Shown here one piece after another: positions 11,319-21,603 of a stretch of 64,000 nucleotides of DNA. Positions within the stretch are counted from its first letter, which is position 1, and each line of letters begins with the position of its first letter. The notes beneath the pieces are model-generated. The model worked only from the letters and a program-made list of their open reading frames with translations, searched no databases and was not told the origin of the DNA. The DNA comes from Pseudomonadota bacterium. Its GTDB lineage: Bacteria > Pseudomonadota > Gammaproteobacteria > Burkholderiales > Thiobacillaceae. Location of the stretch: contig JAJZRE010000004.1 in assembly GCA_021802945.1 (NCBI GenBank), positions 818-64,817 of the forward strand. Reading direction: 5' to 3'. The translations under genes and the position numbers were made by a program.

Positions 11319-12686
11319 TCAATGCGCCGCCGCCGACGCACAACTTCCACATGCCGCCCCCTCTGACGCGGGTTGCCGCCAGTCGTCCGGCGCCGGCTCA
11401 TGCGCCACCGCCATGAACAGGTTGGCCACTTCGAAAATCAGGTCGCGCGTGCCGCGATAGCCCACCGTCACCTGGTGCGCCGCCCCCAGGCGGTCGAACA
11501 TGGGGATGCCCATGCGCAGGAAAGGCAGGTCGAGGCGCTCCGCCATCTGGCGGCCGTGCGAGTGCGTCACCAGCAGGTCGCAGCCCTGCGCGCGGCTCTC
11601 CAGGTCTTCGAGGTCGCCGATCAGCACCTCCCGCGCCGGCAGCTTTTCCAGCAGCGGCGACTGCGTCGTGGTCACCACGGCGGCGAGTTCCGCGCCCATG
11701 CCGGCGAACAGGTTGCCGATGCCCCACAAGAGATCCGGTTCGGCGCCGAGGGCGATCTTCTTGCCGCCGAGGTAGAAGTGCGCGTCGAGCATGGCGTCGA
11801 CCAGCTGGCTGCGCTGGCGGCGGTATTTGTTGGGCGCCGGGCGGCCGGATTTTTCCGTGAGCAGGCTCATCAGGCGGTCGCAGCCGTCAAGCCCGGTCAA
11901 GGTTTCCAGCACTTCGAACGGCACGCCGCATTTGTCCTGCAGGGTCTGCGCGGCCTCGCGCATGTGCTCGCCGATGGCGAGCGTGAATTCGGATGAACCC
12001 GTCATGCGCAATTGCGTCAGCGTGGTGCCGCCCAGCGTGGTGGGGCTGAAGTTGTCCGGCACGTGGCCGTCCATCGAGCCCGACAGGTCGGGCAGGATGA
12101 TCGGCTTCAAACCAAACGCTTCGACGATCTCGCGGATTTCCTCGATGTCGCCCGGCGTGAGGTGGCTACCGGCCAGCACGTTCACCTGGCCGGCGATCTT
12201 CTGGCCGGGCTCGGCCAGTTCCTTCACGATCTTGGCCACCGCCTTGGCCCAGCCGTCCTGGAAGGCGCCCACGTAATCCGGGGTGGAGACGTACACCAGC
12301 GCCAGCTCGTCGAGTTCGGGGTGCTTCTTGCGGATGATTTCGAGATAGCCGTCGACGTCGTCGCCCTTGGTCTCCGTCAGCCCGGTCGAGGCGATGCCGA
12401 TGATGGCGGGCTGGGCGCGCTTGTGGATGTTGAGGATGGCCTGCTCGACGTTGTCCATGCCGCCCATGATGGTGGTGGCCTCGTTCATCGCCGTGGTCTG
12501 CATCGGCACGGCCTCCTTGAAATGGCGCACGAACAGCACCAGGCCGAAGGCGGTGCAGCCCTGCGAACCGTGCAGCGTCGGCATGCAGTTGTCCAGCCCC
12601 ATGAAGGCCAGCGCCGCGCCGATCGGCGCGCTCATCTTGAGCGGGTTGACCGCGCAGGATTTCTTGACGTGGGTGACGGCAGCCAT
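11319..12686 (-). CDS. nifN: FeMo-cofactor scaffold beta subunit
   Basis: VNPLKMSAPIGA, HGSQGCTAF, RHFKEAVPMQTTAM, PMFDRLG; true start at ATG 12686. Confidence 0.96.
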   Translation of the reverse strand: MAAVTHVKKSCAVNPLKMSAPIGAALAFMGLDNCMPTLHGSQGCTAFGLVLFVRHFKEAVPMQTTAMNEATTIMGGMDNVEQAILNIHKRAQPAIIGIASTGLTETKGDDVDGYLEIIRKKHPELDELALVYVSTPDYVGAFQDGWAKAVAKIVKELAEPGQKIAGQVNVLAGSHLTPGDIEEIREIVEAFGLKPIILPDLSGSMDGHVPDNFSPTTLGGTTLTQLRMTGSSEFTLAIGEHMREAAQTLQDKCGVPFEVLETLTGLDGCDRLMSLLTEKSGRPAPNKYRRQRSQLVDAMLDAHFYLGGKKIALGAEPDLLWGIGNLFAGMGAELAAVVTTTQSPLLEKLPAREVLIGDLEDLESRAQGCDLLVTHSHGRQMAERLDLPFLRMGIPMFDRLGAAHQVTVGYRGTRDLIFEVANLFMAVAHEPAPDDWRQPASEGAACGSCASAAAH

Positions 12687-12688
12687 GT

Positions 12689-14116
12689 TTATGCGACCGC
12701 CTTCAGAGGCATTTCGAGGGGAACGGCTTCGACCGGGATATCCCACGGCGCGGGCTTCCTGACCTGCTCCCACATCGGGTTGTGCAGCGCCTTGTCGATC
12801 TCCCGCACCAGCGTCACCATGCCGCTGTAGCCGGCATAGGCGTGATGGCGTTCCTGGTTGATGTCGAGCCAGGGCATCTTGGCCTTGAGCGCGATGAACT
12901 GCGAGCGGCCGCCGGAGAGCATGATCTCGGCCTGGGCGTCCTTCAGCATCTTGTACATCTCGCGCGGGGTCATGTCGTCGATCATGTGGGCGTCCTCGCC
13001 CATCAGTTCCTTGATCTTCTGCTTGTCCTCCAGCGTGGATTTCTTCACGCTGGTGCCGACGATCTCCATGCCGACTTCCTGCAGCGCGGACACCACCGAC
13101 CAGGATTTCACGCCGCCGGTGATGAGCAGCACCTTCACGCCTTTCAGGCGATCCCGGTACGGTTCCATCTGTTTCCAGAACGCGGCCTCCTCGCGCCGGA
13201 TGATGGCCTCGGTGCGATCCAGCAGTTCGGCCGGCGCGCCCTTCTCCACCAGCAGTTTGGCGATGTTGCGCAAGCTGTCGCTCATGTCGCTGATGCCGTA
13301 GAACGAGCCCTCGAAGAACGGAATCTGGTAGCGCTCGTCCATCTTGCGGGCGATGTTGATCATCGCCTTGGAGCACACCATCATCGCCGCCCTGGCGCGG
13401 TGGCTGGTGGCGACTTCCTGGTATTTGGCGTCGCCGGAGATGCAGGACAGGATGCGCACGCCCATCTCATCGAGCAGCGGCTTGACCTGCCACAGTTCGC
13501 CGGCGAGGTTGTATTCGCCGATGATGTTGATGTCGTAGGGCGTGGTGGTCTCGGGCTCCGCGGTGCCGATCACGTAGTCGAGCAGCGCCTCGCCGGCGAG
13601 CTTGTTGCCGAGGTTCTTGTTGCCGACGAAGCCGGGTGCGTTGACCGGGATCACCGGTTTGCCGAATTTCGCGGTGGCGGCCTTGCACACTGCCTCGATG
13701 TCGTCGCCGATCAGGGCGGTGACGCAGGTCTGGTAAACGAAGATGGCGGGCGGGTCGTACTTGTCGACGATTTCCTTCACCGACCTGAACAGGCGCTTCT
13801 CGCCGCCGTAGACCACGTCGAGTTCGTTGATGTCGGTGGTGAAGCCGGTGCGGTAGAGCCGCGAGCCGGAGGACTTGGCGCCGCGGTTGTCCCACGAGTT
13901 GCCTTCGCAGGCGATGGGGCCGTGCACCAGGTGGGCCACGTCGGTGATGGGCTGCAGCGCGATCTTGGCGCCGTCGAAGGCGCAGCCGCCGGCCGCAGCC
14001 CCGGGCTGCAACTGCTTGGTGCAGCCCTTCTTGCGGTCCTTCTCGGATTTCGCCTGGTTCTTGCCGCAGGCGGGCTCGTCGAAGACTTCCTGAACCTTTT
14101 TCGACAGTGCATCCAT
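12689..14116 (-). CDS. nifE: FeMo-cofactor scaffold alpha subunit
   Basis: [38 protein letters not shown]. Confidence 0.98.
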   Translation of the reverse strand: MDALSKKVQEVFDEPACGKNQAKSEKDRKKGCTKQLQPGAAAGGCAFDGAKIALQPITDVAHLVHGPIACEGNSWDNRGAKSSGSRLYRTGFTTDINELDVVYGGEKRLFRSVKEIVDKYDPPAIFVYQTCVTALIGDDIEAVCKAATAKFGKPVIPVNAPGFVGNKNLGNKLAGEALLDYVIGTAEPETTTPYDINIIGEYNLAGELWQVKPLLDEMGVRILSCISGDAKYQEVATSHRARAAMMVCSKAMINIARKMDERYQIPFFEGSFYGISDMSDSLRNIAKLLVEKGAPAELLDRTEAIIRREEAAFWKQMEPYRDRLKGVKVLLITGGVKSWSVVSALQEVGMEIVGTSVKKSTLEDKQKIKELMGEDAHMIDDMTPREMYKMLKDAQAEIMLSGGRSQFIALKAKMPWLDINQERHHAYAGYSGMVTLVREIDKALHNPMWEQVRKPAPWDIPVEAVPLEMPLKAVA

Positions 14117-14127
14117 GACTTTGCTCC

Positions 14128-14201
14128 GTGAGGCGTTAGGGGTGAGGCGTGAGGTGCGAGGCTTGGCCGTTACGCCTCACCCCTCTCCCCTCACGCCTCA
14201 C
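14128..14201. repeat. Heptamer-repeat hairpin between nifK and nifE
   Basis: GTGAGGC GTTAGGG GTGAGGC GTGAGGT - 18 nt - GCCTCAC CCCTCTC CCCTCAC GCCTCAC. Confidence 0.85.
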
Positions 14202-14205
14202 CGCG

Positions 14206-15744
14206 TCAGCGAATGATGTCGTAGCTGTAGTCGGTCTTCGCCGGGATGATGGTGTTCTTGTCCATCTCGTCGAAGATCTTGTCCAGCACCCACACCAGCA
14301 CGTTCATCGCGCCCTGGTATCCCCACACCGGATAGCGGTGGTGGTGGTGGCGGTCGAACACCGGGAAGCCGATGCGGATCAGCGGGGTGCCGGTATCGCG
14401 CTCCAGGTACTTGCCGTAGGTGTTGCCGATCAGGAAGTCCACCGGCTCGGTGTTGAGCAGCGAGCGCATGTGCCACAGGTCCTTGCCCGGGTAGGCCTTG
14501 CAGCCCTTGCCGAAGGGCGAGCTGTCGAACAGCGCCTGCATCTTGATTTCCCACTCCTTGCCGCCGTTGGTGGACAGCACGTGCACCGGCTCGGCGCCCA
14601 GCTCCATCAGGAAGCTGGCGAGGCCGTAGCACAGGTCGGGGTCGCCGTAGATGGCGAACTTCTTGCCGTGGATGTGGGCGCTGGAGTCGGCGATGGCGTC
14701 GACCAGGCGGCCGCGCTCCTTGGTCAGCTCGGCGGGGATCGCCTTGCCTGTGATGCGGGCGACTTCCATCAGGAACGCGTCGGTCGCGGCCACGCCCACC
14801 GGGTGGTTGAAGGCGGCGACTTCCTGCCCTTTTTCCTTGATGTAGGCCAGGGTCTTCTCGGTGCAGTACTCCTGCATCGAGATCGTGGCCTTGGCGTTGA
14901 TCGCGGCCTTGGCGTCGTCCAGCGTGGTGCCGCCGTCGTACATGCGGAATTCGCCGTCGGCCGGGGTGTCCCACACTTCGCTGTTGTCGGCGAGGATGGT
15001 GTGCTCCACGCCCATCAGGTCGAACAGGCGCTTGATCTCGCGCAGGTTGCCGACGGTGTAGCCGTCGAAGCCGCCGATGAAGTTGATCTTGCCGTTGGGC
15101 GTGCGTTCCTTGCCTTCCCAGAAGTGGCTGACGATGCCCTTGAGCGCGTTGTCGTAGCCGGTGATGTGGCTGCCGACGAAGGCCGGGGTGTGGGCGTAGG
15201 GCACGTCGAAGTCTTCCGGCACGCTGCCCTTGGCGCGGGCGTTCTGGATGAAGCCGTTGAGGTCGTCGCCGATCACTTCCGCCATGCAGGTGGTGGACAC
15301 CGCGATCATCTTCGGCTTGTACATGTTGTAGGTGTTGGCCAGGCCGTCGATCATGTTGTTGAGGCCGCCGAACACCGCCGCGTCTTCGGTCATCGACGAC
15401 GAGACGCAGGAGCTGGGCTCCTTGAAGTGGCGGGAAAAGTGGCTGCGGTAGTAGGCGACGCAGCCCTGCGAGCCGTGCACGAAGGGCATGGTGCCTTCGA
15501 AGCCGACGGCGGCGAACACCGCGCCCAGCGGCTGGCAGGCCTTGGCCGGGTTGACCGTCAGCGCCTCGCGGGCGAAGTTCTTCTCGCGGTATTCCCAGCT
15601 CTTGGTCCACTCGCGCACTTCCTCGATCTTGTCGTCGGGGTACGGGTTCTCGAAATTCTTCCGCTTGTTCTCGAACATCTCGATGTATTCCGGGCCGCGG
15701 AACAGGTTGAAATGGTCGACTACGCTTTCTACATTCTGGGTCAT
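14206..15744 (-). CDS. nifK: Nitrogenase MoFe protein beta chain
   Basis: [52 protein letters not shown]. Confidence 0.99.
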   Translation of the reverse strand: MTQNVESVVDHFNLFRGPEYIEMFENKRKNFENPYPDDKIEEVREWTKSWEYREKNFAREALTVNPAKACQPLGAVFAAVGFEGTMPFVHGSQGCVAYYRSHFSRHFKEPSSCVSSSMTEDAAVFGGLNNMIDGLANTYNMYKPKMIAVSTTCMAEVIGDDLNGFIQNARAKGSVPEDFDVPYAHTPAFVGSHITGYDNALKGIVSHFWEGKERTPNGKINFIGGFDGYTVGNLREIKRLFDLMGVEHTILADNSEVWDTPADGEFRMYDGGTTLDDAKAAINAKATISMQEYCTEKTLAYIKEKGQEVAAFNHPVGVAATDAFLMEVARITGKAIPAELTKERGRLVDAIADSSAHIHGKKFAIYGDPDLCYGLASFLMELGAEPVHVLSTNGGKEWEIKMQALFDSSPFGKGCKAYPGKDLWHMRSLLNTEPVDFLIGNTYGKYLERDTGTPLIRIGFPVFDRHHHHRYPVWGYQGAMNVLVWVLDKIFDEMDKNTIIPAKTDYSYDIIR

Positions 15745-15763
15745 TTCATTACTCCTTTAAATC

Positions 15764-15838
15764 AGGAACTAGGAACTAGGATCCAGGGGCTAGTGGAGCG
15801 GGGTTTTACTAGCCCCTAGCCCCTAGCTCCCAGCCCCT
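15764..15838. repeat. Heptamer-repeat hairpin between nifD and nifK
   Basis: AGGAACT AGGAACT AGGATCC AGGGGCT AGT - loop - ACT AGCCCCT AGCCCCT AGCTCCC AGCCCCT. Confidence 0.85.
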
Positions 15839-15844
15839 AACTTG

Positions 15845-17296
15845 TCACTTCCAGGGCGCCTTGGTCAGGCCCCACACCGGGTTGTTGATCGCCATGTCCA
15901 TGTCGCGGGCGAAGATGGCGAAGCCGTCGTAGCCGTGGTACGGACCCGAGTAGTCCCACGAGTGCATCTGGCGGAAGGGCACGCCCATCTTCTGGAACAC
16001 GTACTTTTCCTTGATGCCGGAGCCGACCAGATCGGGCTGGATCTTCTCGACGAATTTCTCGAATTCGTAGCCGGTGACGTCGTCGTAGATCAGGGTGCCG
16101 TCCTTGACGTAGTGGGTGGTGCGCTGGTAGTCGTCGTTATGGCCGAATTCGTAGCCGGTGCCGACGATCTCCATGCCCAGGTCCTCGTAGGCGCCGATGA
16201 CGTGGCGCGGACGCAGGCCGCCGACGAACAGCATCACGGTCTTGCCTTCGAGACGCGGCTTGTACTTGTCGATGACGGCCTGCATCATCGGCTGGTACTT
16301 GGCGATCACGCGCTCGGCGCCTTCCTTGATCCTGTCGTCGAAGTGGCTGGCGATTTCGCGCAAGCTGGCCGCGATCTTGGACGGGCCGAAGAAGTTGTAC
16401 TCGACCCAGGGAATGCCGTACTTCTCTTCCATGTGGCGGCTGATGTAGTTCATCGAGCGGTAGCAGTGCAGCACGTTGAGCTTGGCCTTGGGGGTGTTCT
16501 CCAGCTCGGCGATGGAGCCGTCGCCTGACCACTGGGCGATCACGCGCAGGCCCATTTCCTCGAGCAGGATGCGCGAAGCCCAGGCGTCGCCGCCGATGTT
16601 GTAGTCGCCGATGATGGCCACGTCGTAGGGCGTGGCTTCGAAGGCGGCGGGCTTGCCGTCCATCTTGTCGAACACCCAGTCGCGGATGGTGTCGTTGGCG
16701 ATGTGGTGGCCGAGCGACTGCGACACGCCGCGGAAGCCTTCGCAGCGCACCGGCACGATGGTCTTGCCATCGTATTCCTTGGACTTCTTCTTCGACACCG
16801 CCTCGATGTCGTCGCCGATCAGGCCGATCGGGCACTCGGACTGGACGGTGATGCCCTTGTTGAGCGGGAACAGATCCTGGATCTCGTCCATGATCTTCTC
16901 CAGCTTCTTGTCGCCGCCGAAGACGATGTCCTTCTCCTGGAAGTCGGAGGTGAACTGCATGGTGACGAAGGTATCGACGCCGGTGGTGCCGATGTAGTAG
17001 TTGCGGCGCGCGGCCCAGGAGTACTGGCCGCAGCCGACCGGGCCGTGAGAAATGTGGATCATGTCCTTGATCGGGCCCCACACCACGCCCTTGGAACCGG
17101 CGTAGGCGCAACCGCGGATGGTCATCACGCCGGGGATGGACTTGACGTTGGACTTGACGCCGCAATCCGGCTTGCCTTCCTCGTACGTGCCCAGGTGCTT
17201 GGCGCGCCGCTTGGCGGTTTTGTCCGGATAGACTTCCAGCACCTCCTTGATGAGGTCCTGGTTTCTGGCTTTGACTTCTTCGACTGTGAGGCTCAT
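15845..17296 (-). CDS. nifD: Nitrogenase MoFe protein alpha chain
   Basis: RGCAYAG, HGPVGC, ECPIG; FeMoco ligands LHCYRSMNY and FRQMHSWDY. Confidence 0.99.
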   Translation of the reverse strand: MSLTVEEVKARNQDLIKEVLEVYPDKTAKRRAKHLGTYEEGKPDCGVKSNVKSIPGVMTIRGCAYAGSKGVVWGPIKDMIHISHGPVGCGQYSWAARRNYYIGTTGVDTFVTMQFTSDFQEKDIVFGGDKKLEKIMDEIQDLFPLNKGITVQSECPIGLIGDDIEAVSKKKSKEYDGKTIVPVRCEGFRGVSQSLGHHIANDTIRDWVFDKMDGKPAAFEATPYDVAIIGDYNIGGDAWASRILLEEMGLRVIAQWSGDGSIAELENTPKAKLNVLHCYRSMNYISRHMEEKYGIPWVEYNFFGPSKIAASLREIASHFDDRIKEGAERVIAKYQPMMQAVIDKYKPRLEGKTVMLFVGGLRPRHVIGAYEDLGMEIVGTGYEFGHNDDYQRTTHYVKDGTLIYDDVTGYEFEKFVEKIQPDLVGSGIKEKYVFQKMGVPFRQMHSWDYSGPYHGYDGFAIFARDMDMAINNPVWGLTKAPWK

Positions 17297-17470
17297 TTCG
17301 CCCTCCTGTTTGATGTGGACATCGATGTGAACACTGGATACCGGCAGCCCGGCCCCGGGAAAACTCTGCGAATGGCACCGCTCCGCGAAGCCGGCGATGC
17401 CCCTGGCAGAGGTCTCCCTCTGCGGATTGCGCCGCCCTTGCGCCGCAAGGCGCCCGGGCGACGGGCCCCG

Positions 17471-18385
<915 letters not shown>

Positions 18386-18514
18386 TTAAATAAATTCAAA
18401 ACCGGTTCGCCCTGGCAGCAAGCACTCAGCCGACTCGAAAGCATCTGCGTACCGTTTTTCTTCTTCTTTTCGGATGCGGATTCGGCAAAACATTCACTGC
18501 ACGTCTGTTGTTCA

Positions 18515-18529
18515 GCAACGACCGTGCCA
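18515..18529 (-). promoter_or_regulatory. Sigma54 -24/-12 promoter of nifH
   Basis: Minus strand TGGCAC-GGTCG-TTGC. Confidence 0.92.
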
Positions 18530-18598
18530 CCCCGGATTTTTCCTGATAACACAATGTTTTAAATGGATTTTTCATTCATGAAGCGCAGCTGTTCGGCA

Positions 18599-18643
18599 TG
18601 TTGCAAACGCGACAATCCGCGGAATGCTGTAGCGAAGGGGACA
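18599..18643. promoter_or_regulatory. Two NifA upstream activator sequences for nifH
   Basis: TGT-N10-ACA at 18599-18614 and 18628-18643. Confidence 0.88.
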
Positions 18644-18668
18644 CGTGGGGAAACGACGGGAGGGGCGT

Positions 18669-19124
18669 TCAGGATCGCGGCCGCACCTGCGGCAGATCGC
18701 TCAGCCGGTACTGGCCGCGCTCGACCGCCTCGGCCAGATGGCCCAGGGTCAGGCCGCCAAGATAATCGAGCATCTCGTGCTTGACGCGCTTCCATTTGCG
18801 GTGGACCGGACAGGCCGTCTCGTCGCTGCATTGCTTGAGCCCGAGCAGGCATTCGCGTTCAACCCGGACGCCATCCAGCAGGAGAACGATATCGAGCAGG
18901 CTGGTCCGCTCCGCGCCGCCGCGCAGGATGAAGCCGCCGCGCCGGCCACGGGTCGAATCCAGGATATGCCACCGGCTAAGGTCCTGCAGGATCTTGGCCA
19001 GATAGGCCGTCGGCACGCCGAGGCTGCCGGCGATCTCGCGATTGAGTACCGGCTGGCCGCGCGGCTGAGTGGCCAGGTAGATCAGCGCCTGAATGGCGTA
19101 TTGGCTGGTGCGGGAGAAGATCAT
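18669..19124 (-). CDS. Rrf2-family Fe-S transcriptional regulator
   Basis: MIFSRTSQYAIQAL, STRGRRGGF, C-x6-C-x5-C-x2-H (CLLGLKQCSDETACPVH). Confidence 0.9.
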   Translation of the reverse strand: MIFSRTSQYAIQALIYLATQPRGQPVLNREIAGSLGVPTAYLAKILQDLSRWHILDSTRGRRGGFILRGGAERTSLLDIVLLLDGVRVERECLLGLKQCSDETACPVHRKWKRVKHEMLDYLGGLTLGHLAEAVERGQYRLSDLPQVRPRS

Positions 19125-19137
19125 GGTGTACAGCGAA

Positions 19138-19321
19138 GCAACGCGCATGCCACGCGCTGGCGCCCCGCCAGGCCGCGCCGGTGCTACTCGAACCGAACTG
19201 CCGCTTGTCGCAAACCCTACACTTCGTCCCGCGCTGTCCGACATGCGACACGGCACGCACGCCTGCCTTCCGCGTCTCAACCGCGTCCGGATGCCATTTG
19301 CCGTATCGGAACGCTTCTTGC
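19138..19321. promoter_or_regulatory. Divergent sigma54 promoters flanking two NifA UAS
   Basis: Minus TGGCAT-GCGCG-TTGC (19138-19152); plus CGGAAC-GCTTC-TTGC (19307-19321); TGT-N10-ACA at 19206-19221 and 19235-19250. Confidence 0.8.
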
Positions 19322-19360
19322 TGATGTCATGGCGTACGCACGACATCCAGGAGAGAAGCG

Positions 19361-19783
19361 ATGCAAATTGGCGTGGAGACCGCGAAGGCGGTGGACAACA
19401 AGCGGCTGTTCGTGGTGGCCGACGACGACATCACCCGCATGGCGCTGCAATTCATGCTGCACGACGAAAACGAGACGCACGACCTGCCGACGCTGGAAAC
19501 GGCATTCGACAAGAGCGTAGCCTGGAAGCCCGACCTGCTGCTGCTGGGCATCGACGTCGTGCAGGCGCGCGGCACCGACGTCCTGCTGCTGATCCGCTCT
19601 CGCCTGCCGCAAACGAAGCTCCTGCTGGTGGCGGACCGCCGCGACGACCCGCTGGTGGCCGCCTGCCAGAGCATCGGCATCGACGGTCTGCTGGTGAAGC
19701 CGCTGACGGTCGAGGACACGCGCCGCAAGGTCGACGGCATGCTGGGCCGCAGGCGCGCACCGATCCCGATCCATGCGCTATGA
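19361..19783 (+). CDS. Stand-alone receiver-like protein lacking the phospho-acceptor Asp
   Basis: FVVADDD, KPDLLLLG, GLLVKP. Confidence 0.8.
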   Translation: MQIGVETAKAVDNKRLFVVADDDITRMALQFMLHDENETHDLPTLETAFDKSVAWKPDLLLLGIDVVQARGTDVLLLIRSRLPQTKLLLVADRRDDPLVAACQSIGIDGLLVKPLTVEDTRRKVDGMLGRRRAPIPIHAL

Positions 19784-20589
19784 CCTTTGCCGCGCTGCGC
19801 GGGCACAGCACCAATCTGGTGGGCGTGCCCACCGGCCTCCTGGCGAGCGCGGCATTCAATGATTTCCCGCTGACGCTGCATATCCGCGGCGTGCACGAAA
19901 ACCATGCCCGGCTGTTTGACGGCCTGGCGATGGCCGGCAGCCAGGCCGAGGCGGGGCAGCTATTCCGGGACTATATGGACAATATTTTCGGCCTGCGGCA
20001 ACCAACCGTCGACTCGGGCGGCGTACGGCGTCACCACGCCAGCTATCTGCGCCTGCTCAAAGGCTGGGGCTACGACGCCAACAGCCGCGAGGGGGCCGTG
20101 GTGAAGGGGTGGGTGGAAAGCCGCTTCGGCCTGTTCCCGACCTTCCACAAGACGCCGCTCGCGCGCTTTGCCTCGCCGGCCTGGTCACGCTATGTGGAAG
20201 ACAAACTGTCCAGCCGCTTCCACAACAATGCCATCCACGCGCAACTGGACCTGCTGTATGAGTTCTGCCAAGGGTCGCTCGCTCGCTGGCTGCGACCGGG
20301 GCGGCGCCACCTCACCCTGTATCGGGGCATCAACGATTTCCGCGAGATCAGCCTGTCCGACCACATCCATTACCGCCGCGGTCATGCGCTGGTCAGGCTG
20401 AACAACGTCAGCTCGTTCACCGCCCGCCGCGACATCGCCTGCGAATTCGGCGACACCCTGCTCGAAGCGCAGGTGCCGACGGTCAAGATCCTGTTCTGCA
20501 ACGACCTGCTGCCGCGCCACACGCTGCAGGGCGAGGCGGAATACCTGGTTGTCGGCGGCGACTACCGCGTCACGGTCAGCACCTACTAG
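19780..20589 (+). CDS. draT: NAD(+)-dinitrogenase-reductase ADP-ribosyltransferase
   Basis: SYLRLLKGWGYDANSREGAVVKGWVESRFGL, LYRG, NNVSSF, FGD, GEAEYLVVGG. Confidence 0.93.
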   Translation: MTFAALRGHSTNLVGVPTGLLASAAFNDFPLTLHIRGVHENHARLFDGLAMAGSQAEAGQLFRDYMDNIFGLRQPTVDSGGVRRHHASYLRLLKGWGYDANSREGAVVKGWVESRFGLFPTFHKTPLARFASPAWSRYVEDKLSSRFHNNAIHAQLDLLYEFCQGSLARWLRPGRRHLTLYRGINDFREISLSDHIHYRRGHALVRLNNVSSFTARRDIACEFGDTLLEAQVPTVKILFCNDLLPRHTLQGEAEYLVVGGDYRVTVSTY

Positions 20590-21603
20590 ATGAACGCGCC
20601 ACACGACGATCTGCACGAACGTGCGCTGGGCGCCTATCTCGGCTTCGCGGTCGGCGATGCGCTGGGGGCGACGGTCGAATTCATGACGCCGGGCGAAATC
20701 CAGCACGCCTACGGCATGCACCGCGACATGATCGGCGGCGGCTGGCTCAAGCTCAAACCCGGGCAGGTCACCGACGACACGCAGATGTCGCTGGCGCTGG
20801 GGCAGGCCCTCGTCGCCAGCGGCGGCTGGAATCCACGCGCCGCGGCGGATGCCTTCGTCGACTGGCTCCAGTCGAAGCCGGTGGACGTCGGCAACACCTG
20901 CCGCCGCGGCATCCAGCGCTACATGACGGACGGCACGCTGGCCGGCCCACCGAACGAAGGCGACGGCGGCAACGGCGCCTGCATGCGCAACCTGCCGCTG
21001 GCGCTCGCCCTGCTGGACGACGACGCAGGTTTTGCAGGCGCGACGCTGGAGCAATGCCACCTCACGCATTGCCACCCGCTGTCGGATGCGGCGACGGTGG
21101 CGCTCGGCAACATGACGCGCAGCCTGCTGCGCGGCGGCGGGTTCAAGGCGTGCCGCGAGGCGGCGAACCGACTGGTCGCCGAGCATCCGGCGTTCCGCTT
21201 CGATCCCTACCCCGGGCGCGCATCGGGCTACATCGTCGATACCGTGCAGACGGTGCTCTACCATTTCTTTCATACGGACAGCTTCGAGTCCTGCGTGACC
21301 GCAGTGGTCAACCGCGGCGAGGACGCCGACACCACCGGCGCGCTGGCCGGCATGCTTGCCGGCGCGGCCTACGGCGTATCCGACATTCCGGGCTACTGGC
21401 TGAAAAAACTGGACGCGAAGGTCCGCGTCCGCATCGAGGACCAGACCGGCGCGCTGATCGTGCTGGCGAGGCAGGCTAGAAAAAGGACAGGCCATGACCA
21501 CACTCATCTTCTACGAAAAGCCAGGCTGCGCGACCAACACGCGCCAGAAGCGCCTGCTGCGCGACGCCGGCCACGAGGTGATCGCGCGCGATCTGCTGAG
21601 TGA
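20590..21603 (+). CDS. draG: ADP-ribosyl-[dinitrogenase reductase] glycohydrolase
   Basis: GDALGATVEF, TDDTQM, GNGACMR, GEDADTTGA; 3' end runs 110 nt into the next gene. Confidence 0.93.
   Translation: MNAPHDDLHERALGAYLGFAVGDALGATVEFMTPGEIQHAYGMHRDMIGGGWLKLKPGQVTDDTQMSLALGQALVASGGWNPRAAADAFVDWLQSKPVDVGNTCRRGIQRYMTDGTLAGPPNEGDGGNGACMRNLPLALALLDDDAGFAGATLEQCHLTHCHPLSDAATVALGNMTRSLLRGGGFKACREAANRLVAEHPAFRFDPYPGRASGYIVDTVQTVLYHFFHTDSFESCVTAVVNRGEDADTTGALAGMLAGAAYGVSDIPGYWLKKLDAKVRVRIEDQTGALIVLARQARKRTGHDHTHLLRKARLRDQHAPEAPAARRRPRGDRARSAE

Noticed and set aside
11319-13376. 685-aa ORF suggesting an extended or fused nifN
   Set aside because: The first 230 codons are an alternative frame inside nifE; NifN homology starts at ATG 12686
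14128-15838. Heptamer arrays as CRISPR repeats or cyanobacterial-type nifD/nifK excision elements
   Set aside because: No unique spacers, cas genes or recombinase; nifD and nifK are uninterrupted
19251-19266. CGGCAC...TGC as a further sigma54 promoter
   Set aside because: GG-to-GC spacing is 11 rather than 10
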